Source: an uncultured Gemmatimonadales bacterium (GTDB lineage: Bacteria > Gemmatimonadota > Gemmatimonadetes > Gemmatimonadales > GWC2-71-9). Taken from it: a stretch of 64,000 bases of DNA. Where the stretch lies: NCBI GenBank assembly GCA_963795085.1, contig CAWCFX010000006.1, positions 512,001 through 576,000 of the forward strand, given 5' to 3'. Position 1 is the stretch's first letter, and each line of letters begins with the position of its first letter. Positions 19,086 to 31,153 of this stretch are shown piece by piece. The notes beneath the pieces are model-generated. The model had not been told where the DNA came from. It worked only from the letters and a program-made list of their open reading frames with translations, and did not search any database. The position numbers and the translations under genes are program-made.

Positions 19086-20728
19086 TCCGCTGGCTTCGGG
19101 AGACCGATCGAACCGCCTGGCTGCTCTTCGGGCTGGCGGTCCTGCTGTACGCGCCCGGGCTGGTGTGGGGGCTGCCCTACGCCACCAGCGAGGTCACCAT
19201 CCGGGGCTGGGATGTGGACAGCATCGCCGGCATCGGCCCGCTCTCGGAACTGCACAACCTGCTGGTGGAGCCTCGCGAAGGGTGGTATTTCGCCTATCCC
19301 CTGTTTCACTACCTCGTCCTGGGAGCGGTGTACGCTCCCTATATGGCGTTTCTCTGGCTGACCGGCGGCCTGGCTGCCCCCTCGGCAGGGTACCCCTACG
19401 GATTTGCGGACCCGGTGCAGGCCCTGGCGACCCTGGCCTTCCTGGGACGGGCGGTCAGCGTGCTGATGGGCGCCGGCACCGTCCTGGGCGTGTATCTCGC
19501 CGCTCGTACGATCTGGGACCGGCGCACCGGCATCATCGCGGCGGTCACCATGATGCTGTGCGGCCCCCTTGTCTACTACGCCCATGCCGGGAACCTCGAC
19601 GTGCCGGTCCTCTTCTGGCTATCGATGTGCGTGTACGCCGGCGCGCGAATCCTGCGGCACGGGTTGACGGTCCGCCGCGCGATGGGCTTCGGCATCCTGG
19701 CGGCGATCGCGGTCGCCACCAAGGACCAGGCCTATGGCCCCCTGGTGCCCGCCGTGCTGATCCTCATTGTGGCGCACCTGGTGGCGACGCCCGCGGGCGC
19801 CGCACGATGGCGGGCGCCGATGGCGCTGGTGCTGGCTGGACTGGTGGCCTACGCGGTGGCTAACGGAATCGTGTTCCGCCCGTCCCGGTTCATCAACCAC
19901 GTCAAGTTCCTGCTCAACTTCGAGCAGACCTTCGTCAACGTGGTGCATCTCGACGTCGTCCGGGAAAATTCGGCCCGCGGCTATCTCCTCGTCCTGTGGG
20001 ACGTGACCAAGGCGATCTACGAATCGCTGGGCCCCATCATGCTGGCCGCGGCGCTGGCCGGGATCGTGGCAACCTGGCGCGCCGGACGGGACGCCGTCAA
20101 CCGCACGTTTACCTGGCTGCTGCTGGGGATGCTGGGCGGCTACCTGTTCCTCGTGCTGGCACCGATCCGCCACATGCAGTACCGCTGGGCCATGGTGCCC
20201 GCCCTGCTGCTGGTGTTCTTTGCGGCCCGGCTCATCGCGCTGGGACTGGCGGCCGGAGGCGCCCGGCGCAGCGTGGCGTTCGGCGCCGCCGTGCTGGGCA
20301 CCGGCTGGCTCGCCGCGTGGGCCGTGGATCTCCGCTACCAGGTCTGGAATGATGCCCGGTTCGGCGCCAGCGAATGGCTCGACGCCAACGCCCGGCCGGG
20401 CGACAAGGTGGCCTTCTTCGGATCGGTGGGGCAGCTTCCCCGAATTCCCCGGAATGTGGAGCCGATCTCGATGCCGACCGATTCGACCGCCTCCGCCGCC
20501 CTGGCGGACAGTGGCGTCCGGCTGGTGCTGGTGATTCCGGATTACTCCAGCCGGGGCATGCTGGACCGAAGCCAGTACCTGCCGCTGGCCACCTACCGGC
20601 AACTGCAGGATGGCAGCCTCGGCTTCACCCGGTCGGCGCACTTCAGGACCAAACCGCTGCTGGGCCGCGAACTGTACAACCTGCCGATCGTGAACCCGCA
20701 GGTGCAGATCTTCGAGCGGACCCGGTGA
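19082..20728 (+). CDS. GT-C fold (ArnT/PMT-like) integral membrane glycosyltransferase
   Basis: About 12 TMs; acidic first loop WDVD, YPLFHY, YYAHAGNLDVP, AVATKDQAY; C-terminal periplasmic domain. Start GTG 19082 overlaps the previous stop. Confidence 0.75.
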   Translation: MIRWLRETDRTAWLLFGLAVLLYAPGLVWGLPYATSEVTIRGWDVDSIAGIGPLSELHNLLVEPREGWYFAYPLFHYLVLGAVYAPYMAFLWLTGGLAAPSAGYPYGFADPVQALATLAFLGRAVSVLMGAGTVLGVYLAARTIWDRRTGIIAAVTMMLCGPLVYYAHAGNLDVPVLFWLSMCVYAGARILRHGLTVRRAMGFGILAAIAVATKDQAYGPLVPAVLILIVAHLVATPAGAARWRAPMALVLAGLVAYAVANGIVFRPSRFINHVKFLLNFEQTFVNVVHLDVVRENSARGYLLVLWDVTKAIYESLGPIMLAAALAGIVATWRAGRDAVNRTFTWLLLGMLGGYLFLVLAPIRHMQYRWAMVPALLLVFFAARLIALGLAAGGARRSVAFGAAVLGTGWLAAWAVDLRYQVWNDARFGASEWLDANARPGDKVAFFGSVGQLPRIPRNVEPISMPTDSTASAALADSGVRLVLVIPDYSSRGMLDRSQYLPLATYRQLQDGSLGFTRSAHFRTKPLLGRELYNLPIVNPQVQIFERTR

Positions 20729-22494
20729 AATCACTCCTCCGGCTGGCCGCCTGGTTTGCGCTGGCCGCGGGCCTCGTCGAAGCCGCACTCCTGGTGGCGC
20801 ACGGGCGACAGATTCACGGCTTCATCTACCTGAGCCCTCACCTGGTGTGGATGGCGCCGGCGATGAACCTGGTCTGGTTCGGGATGGCCGCGCTGCTGCT
20901 GGGAGGCCTGGGCCGGATCCGCCCCTCCTGGAGCTCGCCGCGCGCGGCGATCTTTGCATTCACGTTTCTGGCCGCCCTCGCGATCCTGCTCCTCCCGTCG
21001 CAGCTGCATCGCCTCGCCGCGGTGGTGATCGCGCTGGGCCTCGCGGCCCAGGCGACCCGGATGCTCACCCCGCGGCTGGACTGGTTCGCCCGCCTCACCG
21101 CCCGCACGCTTCCGCTGATGGCCGCGCTCGTCGTGCTGGCGCTGGCGGGCACGGCCGGCTGGAGCGCGTGGCGGGAGCGCCGGGCCGTCGGGGCCCTGGG
21201 TCCCGCTCCTCCGGGAGCGCCCAACATCCTGCTCATCGTGCTGGACACTGTACGCCGCGCCAGCCTGAGCCTCTACGGCTACGAGCGGCCTACCTGGCCG
21301 CACATGGAGCGGTGGGCCGCGCGGGGGGTGCGATTCGACCACGCGTTCGCCACGGCCTCGTGGACGCTGCCCTCCCACGCCAGCATGTTCAACGGCCGGC
21401 TGCCTGGCGACATGAGCGCGGGATGGTTGGCCCCGCTCGACGATGCCCACCCGGTGCTGGCGGAGCGGCTGCAGGCCGCGGGTTATGGCACGGCGGGCTT
21501 CGTCGCCAATGTCCTGTACGGCAACCGCAGTTTCGGGCTGGGCCGGGGATTCCTGCGGTACGAGGACTATCGCATCTCGCCCGGTGAAATGCTGGTCAAC
21601 TCTTCCCTGGGCCGGGCGCTCTCGGAGTGCCGGCTGCTGCGCCGGCTGACCGGATGGTACGATATCGCGGGCCGCAAAAGCGGCCGGCAGGTTACCAACC
21701 GGTTCCTGGCCTGGCAGGCGCGGCAGCGGGACCGCCCCTGGTTCGCGTTCCTGAACTATTTCGATGCCCACCAGCCCTACCTGCCCCCGGCCGAACTCGC
21801 CGGCGCGTTTGGGCCGGTGGATGACCGGAACTTCGGCCTGCTGGAGCTTCGCCCCTACATGGGCAAGCTCGAAGCTGCCGAAACGGCGCTGACGCCGGCG
21901 CAGGTGGAGTCGGAACGGAACGCCTATGAGGCCACGCTGGCCTACCTGGACCGGGAGATGGACCGGCTGCTCGGCGAACTGGAACGGCGGGGCGACCTGG
22001 AAAACACGATTGTCGTGATTACGTCCGACCATGGCGAACAGTTCATGGAGCACGGGCTGTTCGACCATGGCAACAGCCTCTACCGGTACGCAACCGAGGT
22101 GCCGCTGGTGATGATCGGCGGACCGGCGGCGCCGGGAGGGGTGGTGACGGAGCCGGTGTCGCTTCAGCACCTCCCGGTCACCCTCCTCGGCCTGGCCGGG
22201 GTGGACCGGACCGGTTTCCCCGGCACCAGCCTCCTGGGCCAGGACCGTAATGGGGCGCCCCCGCCGCCGGTTATTTCGGAGACCCGAGGCCCGGGTCTCG
22301 ACCGGCGATTCCACGCGGTGGTGGCCCAGGGGTATCATGCCGTATGGAGCGCCGATTCCGTGGAGTTGTTTGACTTCGGCGAGGATCCCGGGGAACAGAT
22401 CAACCTGGCCCGGAGCCCGGCTGGCGCCGCCACCCTGATCCGGCTCAGAAGTTTTCTGGACTCGGCCATCGCGGGACGGCGAGGAAACCCGTAA
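20725..22494 (+). CDS. Membrane-anchored sulfatase-fold protein 4, Thr nucleophile
   Basis: Start GTG 20725; TMs; [43 protein letters not shown]...HG. Confidence 0.88.
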   Translation: MKSLLRLAAWFALAAGLVEAALLVAHGRQIHGFIYLSPHLVWMAPAMNLVWFGMAALLLGGLGRIRPSWSSPRAAIFAFTFLAALAILLLPSQLHRLAAVVIALGLAAQATRMLTPRLDWFARLTARTLPLMAALVVLALAGTAGWSAWRERRAVGALGPAPPGAPNILLIVLDTVRRASLSLYGYERPTWPHMERWAARGVRFDHAFATASWTLPSHASMFNGRLPGDMSAGWLAPLDDAHPVLAERLQAAGYGTAGFVANVLYGNRSFGLGRGFLRYEDYRISPGEMLVNSSLGRALSECRLLRRLTGWYDIAGRKSGRQVTNRFLAWQARQRDRPWFAFLNYFDAHQPYLPPAELAGAFGPVDDRNFGLLELRPYMGKLEAAETALTPAQVESERNAYEATLAYLDREMDRLLGELERRGDLENTIVVITSDHGEQFMEHGLFDHGNSLYRYATEVPLVMIGGPAAPGGVVTEPVSLQHLPVTLLGLAGVDRTGFPGTSLLGQDRNGAPPPPVISETRGPGLDRRFHAVVAQGYHAVWSADSVELFDFGEDPGEQINLARSPAGAATLIRLRSFLDSAIAGRRGNP

Positions 22495-22513
22495 TTCGAT
22501 GTGGCAATTGGCG

Positions 22514-22530
22514 TTGGCCCGATTCTCGCC
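22514..22530 (+). promoter_or_regulatory. Possible internal sigma54 promoter
   Basis: TTGGCCCGATTCTCGCC (GG-N10-GC) in the only intergenic gap of the sulfatase-like array. Confidence 0.4.
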
Positions 22531-22623
22531 ATACCGGTCTGGCTCCCCCGGCTGGCCGGCCGGAGGCCCTTGAAACCGCTGTTGACGCGCCTAAACTGAT
22601 CCACTGCCCCGGAGGTCTGCCGC

Positions 22624-24474
22624 ATGGCGGCCACAGGACAACAGAACCAGTCTCGATTGCCCCACCTGCTGCTGCTCACCCTGTGGCTGGCCCTCGTATC
22701 GGGGCTGGCGGAGGGAGGGTTCCGGCTATTCCAGAAATTCGTCCAGGGCAAGCTGATTCTGATGAGCCCCCATGTCATCTGGATGGCCCCCGTGGCCGAC
22801 CTGGTCTGGATCGGGATGCCGGCCCTGCTGCTACTGCTGGCACGCCGGGTCTGGCCCGGCCGGGTGAGCGCAGGCTTGGTGCTCGGCGTGCTTTCCGCGG
22901 CCGCGCTCCTGCCCCTGGTCCTGCTGTACACTTCCATGCACAAGGCGGTGGCGGTGTTCCTGGCCGCGGCCCTGGGCTTTCAGGCGGCCCGGCTGCTGGC
23001 GCCACGGCTTGAGGGGCTGAGCCGGGTGGTCCGCCGCACCGTCGTCCCGCTGGCCCTGCTTGCGGCCGTGGGCGGTGTGACCATCGCCGGAATCCGGACC
23101 TATCGGGAACGGCAGACCCTGGCCCAGGCCCCCGCGCCGCGCGATGGAGTCCCCAATGTCCTGCTCATCATCTGGGACACCGTGCGGGGCCAGAGCCTGA
23201 GCGTCTACGGCTACGATCGCCCCACCACGCCCTATCTCGAGCAGTTTGCCCGCGAGGGCGTCCGCTTTGACCTCGCGATGAGCACCGCGCCGTGGACCCT
23301 GCCCGCTCACGGCAGCATGTTCACCGGGCACCGGCCGCGCGACATCATGAACAGCATCTTCCGGCCGCTGGTGGACAGCTTCCCAATCCTGGCCCAGGTC
23401 CTGACCGACCAGGGCTATGCGACGGGAGGCTTCGTGGCGAACATGGCATACACCTCCCGGGAACACGGGCTGGGCCGGGGCTTCGCGCGCTACGAGGACT
23501 ACACCATCAGCTGGGGCAACGTGCTGCTCTCGTCCCGGCTCGGTTTCGTCCTGGCGGACCAGGCCTGGATCCGGCCGCTGGTCGGCAGCTGGAACCAGCC
23601 GGCCCGCAAGGACGCGGCGCTCATCAACCAACAGTTTCTGGGGTGGGCTGAAGGCCAGGACCGGCCCTTCTTCGCGTTTCTCAATTACTTCGATGCCCAC
23701 CGGCCCTACGTCTCGGTGGAGCCGTACCGGTCGCGCTTTGTACGGGACAGTTCGGGCCGCTACCACCCCTGGCTGGAGCATGTGGAGTTCAAGGACCTCA
23801 CCGAAGCGGAGATCCGCTGGGCCAACGACGAATACGACGCCACCATCGCGTACCAGGACGAGCAGGTTCGCCTTCTGATGGAGGAGTTACAACGGCGGGG
23901 GCAATTGGAGAACACCCTGGTGATCATCAGCTCGGACCATGGCGAACACTTCGGTGACCATCGGCGGATGGGGCACATGAACTCCCTCTACCGTTCCCTG
24001 ATCCAGGTGCCTCTGCTGATCCGCTATCCCGCCGGCATTCCGGGTGGTACGGTCGTGCGCCCCCCGGTAAGCCTGCGCGATATCCCGCAGACGGTGCTCG
24101 ACCTGGCCGGGCTGGCCGGCCGGGACCGGTTCCCCGGGGCGACCCTGGCCCGGTTTTGGGACCCGGCCAAGGCCGACCCCAACCGGGCTGAAGAACCGGT
24201 GCTTTCGGAGATCGCGACCCGGAAGAACCGGGGTCCGTATTCGCTGATGCAGGGAGATTATCATTACATCGCGTGGCAGGGGCAGGACAAGCCGGAGGAG
24301 CTGTATCACCTCGCGAATGACCCCTTCGAGGAAGGCACCGTCGCAGCCCAGCCGGAACTGGCGGACATAATCCGGAGCTTCCACGATTGGAGTTACCGGC
24401 TGATGGGCAACCAGGTCTTCGAGAAGCGGAATGCCCCGGCAGCCGAGGCCGACGAAGGGCCGTTGCCCCAGTGA
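22624..24474 (+). CDS. Membrane-anchored sulfatase-fold protein 5, Thr nucleophile
   Basis: TMs; NVLLIIWDTVR, WTLPAHGSMFTG, NYFDAHRPY, SSDHGEHFGDH...GH. Confidence 0.88.
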   Translation: MAATGQQNQSRLPHLLLLTLWLALVSGLAEGGFRLFQKFVQGKLILMSPHVIWMAPVADLVWIGMPALLLLLARRVWPGRVSAGLVLGVLSAAALLPLVLLYTSMHKAVAVFLAAALGFQAARLLAPRLEGLSRVVRRTVVPLALLAAVGGVTIAGIRTYRERQTLAQAPAPRDGVPNVLLIIWDTVRGQSLSVYGYDRPTTPYLEQFAREGVRFDLAMSTAPWTLPAHGSMFTGHRPRDIMNSIFRPLVDSFPILAQVLTDQGYATGGFVANMAYTSREHGLGRGFARYEDYTISWGNVLLSSRLGFVLADQAWIRPLVGSWNQPARKDAALINQQFLGWAEGQDRPFFAFLNYFDAHRPYVSVEPYRSRFVRDSSGRYHPWLEHVEFKDLTEAEIRWANDEYDATIAYQDEQVRLLMEELQRRGQLENTLVIISSDHGEHFGDHRRMGHMNSLYRSLIQVPLLIRYPAGIPGGTVVRPPVSLRDIPQTVLDLAGLAGRDRFPGATLARFWDPAKADPNRAEEPVLSEIATRKNRGPYSLMQGDYHYIAWQGQDKPEELYHLANDPFEEGTVAAQPELADIIRSFHDWSYRLMGNQVFEKRNAPAAEADEGPLPQ

Positions 24475-26264
24475 ACGGCCAGCCCTCGCGCGGGGCAGCC
24501 CCGCCGATCCCCATTCTGTTCCTGGCTCTCTGGCTGGCACTTGCCGCCGGGGTGGCGGAGGGACTGGTCCGGCTGACCCAGAGCCTGGCGTTCGGAAAGG
24601 TGATCGGAGTCAGCCCGCATATCATCTGGACCGCTCCCCTGGCGAACCTGGCATGGATCGGAGTTCCGGCGCTGCTCCTGGCGGGCATGGGCAGGCTCCT
24701 GCGCTGGCCAGGGCGCCAGAGAATCACGGCGTTTGTGCTGGTGGGCCTGGCCGTCAGCAGCCTGGCTCTGCTCTACCCTTCCATGCACAAGGCCGTCACG
24801 CTGTTCCTGTCCGCGGCGATCGGGTGGAAGCTCTCCGGGTGGATGCTGGGATCCCCGCGGTTCTCCCGGCTGGCCCACCGGAGCGTGCCGATGCTGGTCG
24901 GTGCCGCGGTGCTCGGCGGGCTGCTGATCGCCGGATCCCGCCGGCTCCACGAGCGGCGACTCCTCACGGCGGCGCCGGCGGCCGGCCTGCCGAACGTGCT
25001 GCTGATCGTCCTCGACACGGTGCGAGATGAAAACATGAGTGTTTCGGGATACGGCGTCTCGACCACGCCGTTCCTGGAGCGATTCGCCGCGGAGGGGACC
25101 CGTTTCGAACGCGCCATGTCGACCGCCCCGTGGACCCTGCCGGCCCACGCGTCCATGTTCACCGGGCGATTGCCCGCCCAGCTGAAGGCCGCCTGGCGGA
25201 CGCCGTTGCAGCCCCGTTTCGCCGTGGTGGCCGAGAGCTTCGGCCAGGCCGGGTACCGGACCGGCGGGTTCACCGCCAACATGGCCTATACCACCCGGGA
25301 ACACGGCCTGGCCCGGGGTTTCGGACGCTACGAGGACTATGACCTGTCCCCGGTCGGGATCCTGGCCAGTTCCCGGATGGGGCGGCTGATTACCTATCTC
25401 AAGCCGGTACGGCGGGCGCTCGGATTCTGGGATATCCCCGGACGAAAAACGGCAGAGGACGTCAACCGCGATTTCACGGACTGGATGGAGGACGGCGGGG
25501 CGCGTCCGTTCTTCGCGTTTCTCAACTATTTCGACGCGCACCAGCCCTACCTGCCGGAGGAGCCGTATCGGAGCAAGTTCGTGAAGCCGACCGGCCGGCC
25601 CTACGAGCCGACCCCGGAGGGGGCGCCCTTCGACCAGATGACCGCGCCGGAGATCCAGACCGAGCTGGAGCACTACAACGCCGGCATCGCGCAGGAGGAC
25701 GCCGCGCTGGCGGCGCTCATGGAAGATCTCCGGCGGCGCGGCCTCCTCGACCGAACCCTGGTGATCATTACGTCCGATCACGGTGAACAGTTCGGCGAGC
25801 ACCGCAAGATGGCCCATGGCAACAGCCTGTACCGGCAGGTCCTGGAAGTTCCGCTCCTGATGCGGCTGCCCGGGGCGGTGCCCGCCGAACTGGTGGTTGA
25901 AGAACCCGTGAGCATCGCCGATCTGGCCCGAACCATGCTCGGCCTGGCCGGACAGGCCGATACGGCCCGTTACCCCGGTGCGTCGCTCGCCAGATTCTGG
26001 GAGGCTGGTCAGGGTGCGGTGCCGGAGGCGCCGGTCGTGAGCATCATGTACGGCCCGGGTGGTTCCGCCTGGTCGTTCATCGACGGTGAGTATCACTACT
26101 TGCACTGGTTCCGCGAGGACCCGGAACTGTACGCGCTGGACGACGAGCAGGAAACCCGGAACCTGGCCAGCGCGCCGGGCATGCAGGCCCAGCTGGATCA
26201 CTTTGCCAACCTGCGGGCGTCCTATGCCCGCCAACTGTCCGACCAGGGGAGATCATCGCAGTGA
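24471..26264 (+). CDS. Membrane-anchored sulfatase-fold protein 6, Thr nucleophile
   Basis: Start GTG 24471; TMs; [43 protein letters not shown]...HG. Confidence 0.88.
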   Translation: MNGQPSRGAAPPIPILFLALWLALAAGVAEGLVRLTQSLAFGKVIGVSPHIIWTAPLANLAWIGVPALLLAGMGRLLRWPGRQRITAFVLVGLAVSSLALLYPSMHKAVTLFLSAAIGWKLSGWMLGSPRFSRLAHRSVPMLVGAAVLGGLLIAGSRRLHERRLLTAAPAAGLPNVLLIVLDTVRDENMSVSGYGVSTTPFLERFAAEGTRFERAMSTAPWTLPAHASMFTGRLPAQLKAAWRTPLQPRFAVVAESFGQAGYRTGGFTANMAYTTREHGLARGFGRYEDYDLSPVGILASSRMGRLITYLKPVRRALGFWDIPGRKTAEDVNRDFTDWMEDGGARPFFAFLNYFDAHQPYLPEEPYRSKFVKPTGRPYEPTPEGAPFDQMTAPEIQTELEHYNAGIAQEDAALAALMEDLRRRGLLDRTLVIITSDHGEQFGEHRKMAHGNSLYRQVLEVPLLMRLPGAVPAELVVEEPVSIADLARTMLGLAGQADTARYPGASLARFWEAGQGAVPEAPVVSIMYGPGGSAWSFIDGEYHYLHWFREDPELYALDDEQETRNLASAPGMQAQLDHFANLRASYARQLSDQGRSSQ

Positions 26265-28119
26265 CACAGGCCAAGACCGGAACGCCCACCGCCCCAGAGC
26301 CGGCCGCGCGGACTTCGTCCGAACCGGAGACGACGTCCAAGCAGCAGATGAACATCGTGATCGGCGGCCACGTGGACCATGGCAAGAGCACGATCATCGG
26401 CCGCCTGATGGCGGATACCCACTCCCTGCCCGACGGCAAGCTGGAGCAGGTCAAGGCGCTCTGCGAACGGACGGCGAAGCCGTTCGAGTATGCCTTCCTT
26501 CTCGACGCCCTGAAGGACGAGCAGGCCCAGGGCATCACCATCGATTCGGCCCGGGTGTTCTTCAAGACCGCCCAGCGGGACTACATCATCATCGATGCTC
26601 CCGGACATATCGAGTTCCTCAAGAACATGGTGACCGGCGCCAGCCGGGCCGAGGCCGCCCTGCTGGTGATCGACGCCAAGGAAGGGGTCCAGGAGAACAG
26701 CCGCCGCCACGGGTACATGATGTCCATGCTGGGCATCCGGCAGATCGCGGTGCTGGTCAACAAGATGGACCTGGTGAACTACGACCGGGCCGTGTTCGAC
26801 CAGATCGTGCGGGAGTACACCGCGTTCCTCACCAACCTCAAGGTCACTCCGGCCGCGTTCATCCCGGTAGCGGGACGGGATGGCGAGAACATCGCCACCC
26901 AGTCGGCCCGGATGCCCTGGTACACCGGCCACACGGTGCTCGGCATGCTGGACGCCTTCGAGAAGGAGCCAGCGCCGGTGGCGGCCCCGTTCCGGATGCC
27001 GGTGCAGGACATCTACAAGTTCACCAAGCAGGGCGACGACCGGCGCATCGTGGCCGGCACCATCGATACCGGCACCATTCACGTCGGCGATGAGGTGGTC
27101 TTCTATCCTTCCGGCAAGAAGAGCCGGATCAAGTCCATTGAAGGGTTCAACCGGCCGCCGCAGGCCCGGGCCGAAGCAGGCCAGGCGGCCGGATTTACGC
27201 TGCAGGAACAGATCTATGTCGCCCGGGGCGAGATGGCCACGCTGGCGACCGAGCCGAGGCCCAAGGTGACGACCCGGCTCAAGGTGAATCTGTTCTGGCT
27301 GGGCAAGAACTCCCTGGTCACCAAGAAGGACTACCTTCTCAAGCTGGGCACCACCCGGGTGCCCATGCGGCTGGAGGAGGTCCACCGGGTCATCGATGCA
27401 TCCGACCTCTCCACCAAGGACTCCAAGCAGCGGATCGACCGGAACGACGTGGCGGAGTGCACCATCAAGCTCAACCGGGCCATCGCCTTCGACCTGGCCG
27501 ATGAGATCGCGGCCACCAGCCGGTTCGTGGTCATTGACGATTACGAGATCCGGGGCGGCGGCATCATCCGCGAGGCGCTGCCGGACCGGCAGACCTGGGT
27601 GCGGGACAAGGTCCTGCTCCGGAACTACAAGTGGGAATCCAGCATCATTCCGCCCGAGCGGCGGGCCGAGAAGCTCAACCAGCGCTCGGTCCTGCTGCTG
27701 ATCACCGGGGAGCAGGAGGCCGACCGGAAGAGCCTCGCCAAGGGCCTCGAGTCCCGCCTCTTTGAGGACGGCAAGGTGGTGTACTACCTCGGCATCGGCA
27801 ACGTGCTCTACGGCGTGGACGCCGACATCGAACGGAAGGACGAGAACCGGCAGGAGCACATGCGCCGGATGGCGGAGGTCGCGAACCTGATGCTCGATGC
27901 CGGCGTGATCCTGATCGTCACCGCGGCGGAACTGACCCAGGACGATCTCGAACTGATCAAGGCCACGGTGGAGCACGACAAGATCGAAACCATCTGGGTG
28001 GGCGACCAGGTCACCACCGATATCGCCTGCGACCTGGTGCTGACCGACCCGGAGCAGGAAGTCGAACGGGTGGACCGTATCAAGAGCCTGCTGCAGGACA
28101 AGGGCGTGATCTACCGGCC

Positions 28120-28126
<7 letters not shown>
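26261..28126 (+). CDS. cysN: Sulfate adenylyltransferase GTPase subunit with degenerate C-terminal APS-kinase-like domain
   Basis: [28 protein letters not shown]. The C-terminal kinase-like region reads [11 protein letters not shown] where the P-loop should be. Confidence 0.9.
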
Positions 28127-29445
<1,319 letters not shown>

Positions 29446-29513
29446 ACCCATCGCCCGACCGGCGAGTATCGCTGCCCGTTTGGCGGCTGAACCACTAAAT
29501 CAGAGGCGGAACG

Positions 29514-30395
29514 ATGGACCACCTGGAACAGCTGGAAAACAAGAGCGTACACATCCTCCGCGAAGCGTACGCCAACTTCAAGCAACTCGGCATGCTCTGG
29601 TCCATCGGAAAGGACAGCACGGTCCTGCTCTGGCTGGCCCGGAAAGCCTTTTACGGCCACGTGCCGTTTCCGCTCATCCACATCGACACTTCGTACAAGA
29701 TCCCGGAGATGATCCACTACCGGGACCAGCTGGTCGCCGAGTGGAACCTGAACCTGATCTATGGCGAGAACCGGGGAGCGCTGGATGCGAAGCGGACCTT
29801 TCCCGACGGTGCGGTGGACCGGATCACCTGCTGCGGGCTGCTCAAGACCGAGGCACTCAAGCACACCCTCTCCGGCGAATGGCCCCGGTACCGGTTCAAT
29901 CATGCGAAGAAGGAGTACGAGCGCGACACCAACACGGAGCCCTTCACCGGCGTCATTGTCGGCGCCCGGGCGGACGAGGAAGGCAGCCGGTCCAAGGAGC
30001 GCTACTTCTCCCCCCGCAACACCAACAACCTCTGGGACGTGGGCGACCAGCCGCCGGAGTTCTGGAACCAGTACAAGACCGATTTTGCGCCGGGAACCCA
30101 CCTCCGGATCCACCCGCTGCTGGACTGGACCGAGCTGAACATCTGGGAGTACATCGAGCGGGAGAACATCCCGACCGTGTCGCTCTACTACGACAAGGGT
30201 GAAGGCAAGCGGTACCGGTCGCTGGGCTGCGGGCCCTGCACCAACGTGGTCGAGTCAGGTGCCCTGAACGTCGCCGATATCATCGTGGAACTGAAGACCG
30301 GCAAGTTCGCCAACATCGCGGAACGGTCGGGGCGCGCCCAGGACAAGGATGACGGCGGCGGGTTGGAAACGCTCAGGAAAGACGGGTATATGTGA
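29514..30395 (+). CDS. cysD: Sulfate adenylyltransferase subunit 2
   Basis: SIGKDS PP-loop, [60 protein letters not shown]-terminus. Confidence 0.93.
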   Translation: MDHLEQLENKSVHILREAYANFKQLGMLWSIGKDSTVLLWLARKAFYGHVPFPLIHIDTSYKIPEMIHYRDQLVAEWNLNLIYGENRGALDAKRTFPDGAVDRITCCGLLKTEALKHTLSGEWPRYRFNHAKKEYERDTNTEPFTGVIVGARADEEGSRSKERYFSPRNTNNLWDVGDQPPEFWNQYKTDFAPGTHLRIHPLLDWTELNIWEYIERENIPTVSLYYDKGEGKRYRSLGCGPCTNVVESGALNVADIIVELKTGKFANIAERSGRAQDKDDGGGLETLRKDGYM

Positions 30396-30399
30396 GCAA

Positions 30400-30473
30400 A
30401 AGGGGGCAAGAGGGTAAGGGGGCAAGGGGCAATTGAGAAGGACCCTGTTGCCCCCTGGCCCTCTTGCCCCCTT
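30400..30473. terminator. Long inverted repeat between convergent genes (terminator or REP-like)
   Basis: AAGGGGGCAAGAGGG (30400-30414) pairs with CCCTCTTGCCCCCTT (30459-30473), with inner GGGGGCAA/TTGCCCCC arms. Confidence 0.6.
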
Positions 30474-31153
30474 CAGTACGTCACTCCCACCGCAACAAAC
30501 CCCAAATTGCCATCCACCCGAAGACGCGTACTGCCGTTCTGCAGCGGCGTCTCTGATTCGTATTCGGCGACGAAATGGCTGATACCGGCGCGGAGAATAG
30601 TCCTGGCACCGGCCCGCCACCCCAGGTAAAACTCGGAGTTAAGCGTGCCCCGATCGTTGACGCCGCCCTGAAGCAGGTTGAACCCGGTGGGCCGGCCGGC
30701 AAGCGCGGGGTCGCCGAGGTTCTCTGAAGCGAGCGCCCGCTCGGGCCCGAAGCCGACGCCGATCACGTCGATGTTGAAGCCCAGCTCGATGCGGCGCGAC
30801 GCCTGGAAGTCCAGATGAAAAACCAGGTTGACCGAATGGATCGCGGACTCCGCCACCCGGGCGTGATCGGTGGGGCCGCCGTTGAGTTCGTCCTTGTCGG
30901 CGGTGCGGTACCGGAGGTTATCGCCCGAGAAATAGGAGTAGCGGACGCCGTAGCCGACCCGGGCCCGACGGTTGACGGCCAGCCCGAAATGGTGGGAAAA
31001 CGCCAGGGATCCGGCGAACCGGTCGGCACCGACGCCGCCGGCCAGGTCAATCCGCGGTTCCCGGGAAGGATAGGGCTCCTGCGCCCGGGCCGCACCCACC
31101 GGGACGGCCAGGGCAAGGAAGGCAAGCAACTGGCTAGTGAGCCTGTAGTCCAT
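30473..31153 (-). CDS. Hypothetical exported protein, probable small outer-membrane beta-barrel
   Basis: Signal peptide ending ARA-QE, alternating amphipathic strands, C-terminal FVAVGVTY. Confidence 0.6.
   Translation of the reverse strand: MDYRLTSQLLAFLALAVPVGAARAQEPYPSREPRIDLAGGVGADRFAGSLAFSHHFGLAVNRRARVGYGVRYSYFSGDNLRYRTADKDELNGGPTDHARVAESAIHSVNLVFHLDFQASRRIELGFNIDVIGVGFGPERALASENLGDPALAGRPTGFNLLQGGVNDRGTLNSEFYLGWRAGARTILRAGISHFVAEYESETPLQNGSTRLRVDGNLGFVAVGVTY

Noticed and set aside
13658..26264. Polysaccharide-degrading arylsulfatase cluster (PUL-like)
   Set aside because: No [C/S]xPxR motif, no formylglycine-generating enzyme, and no glycoside hydrolases or TonB receptors; the context is biosynthetic.
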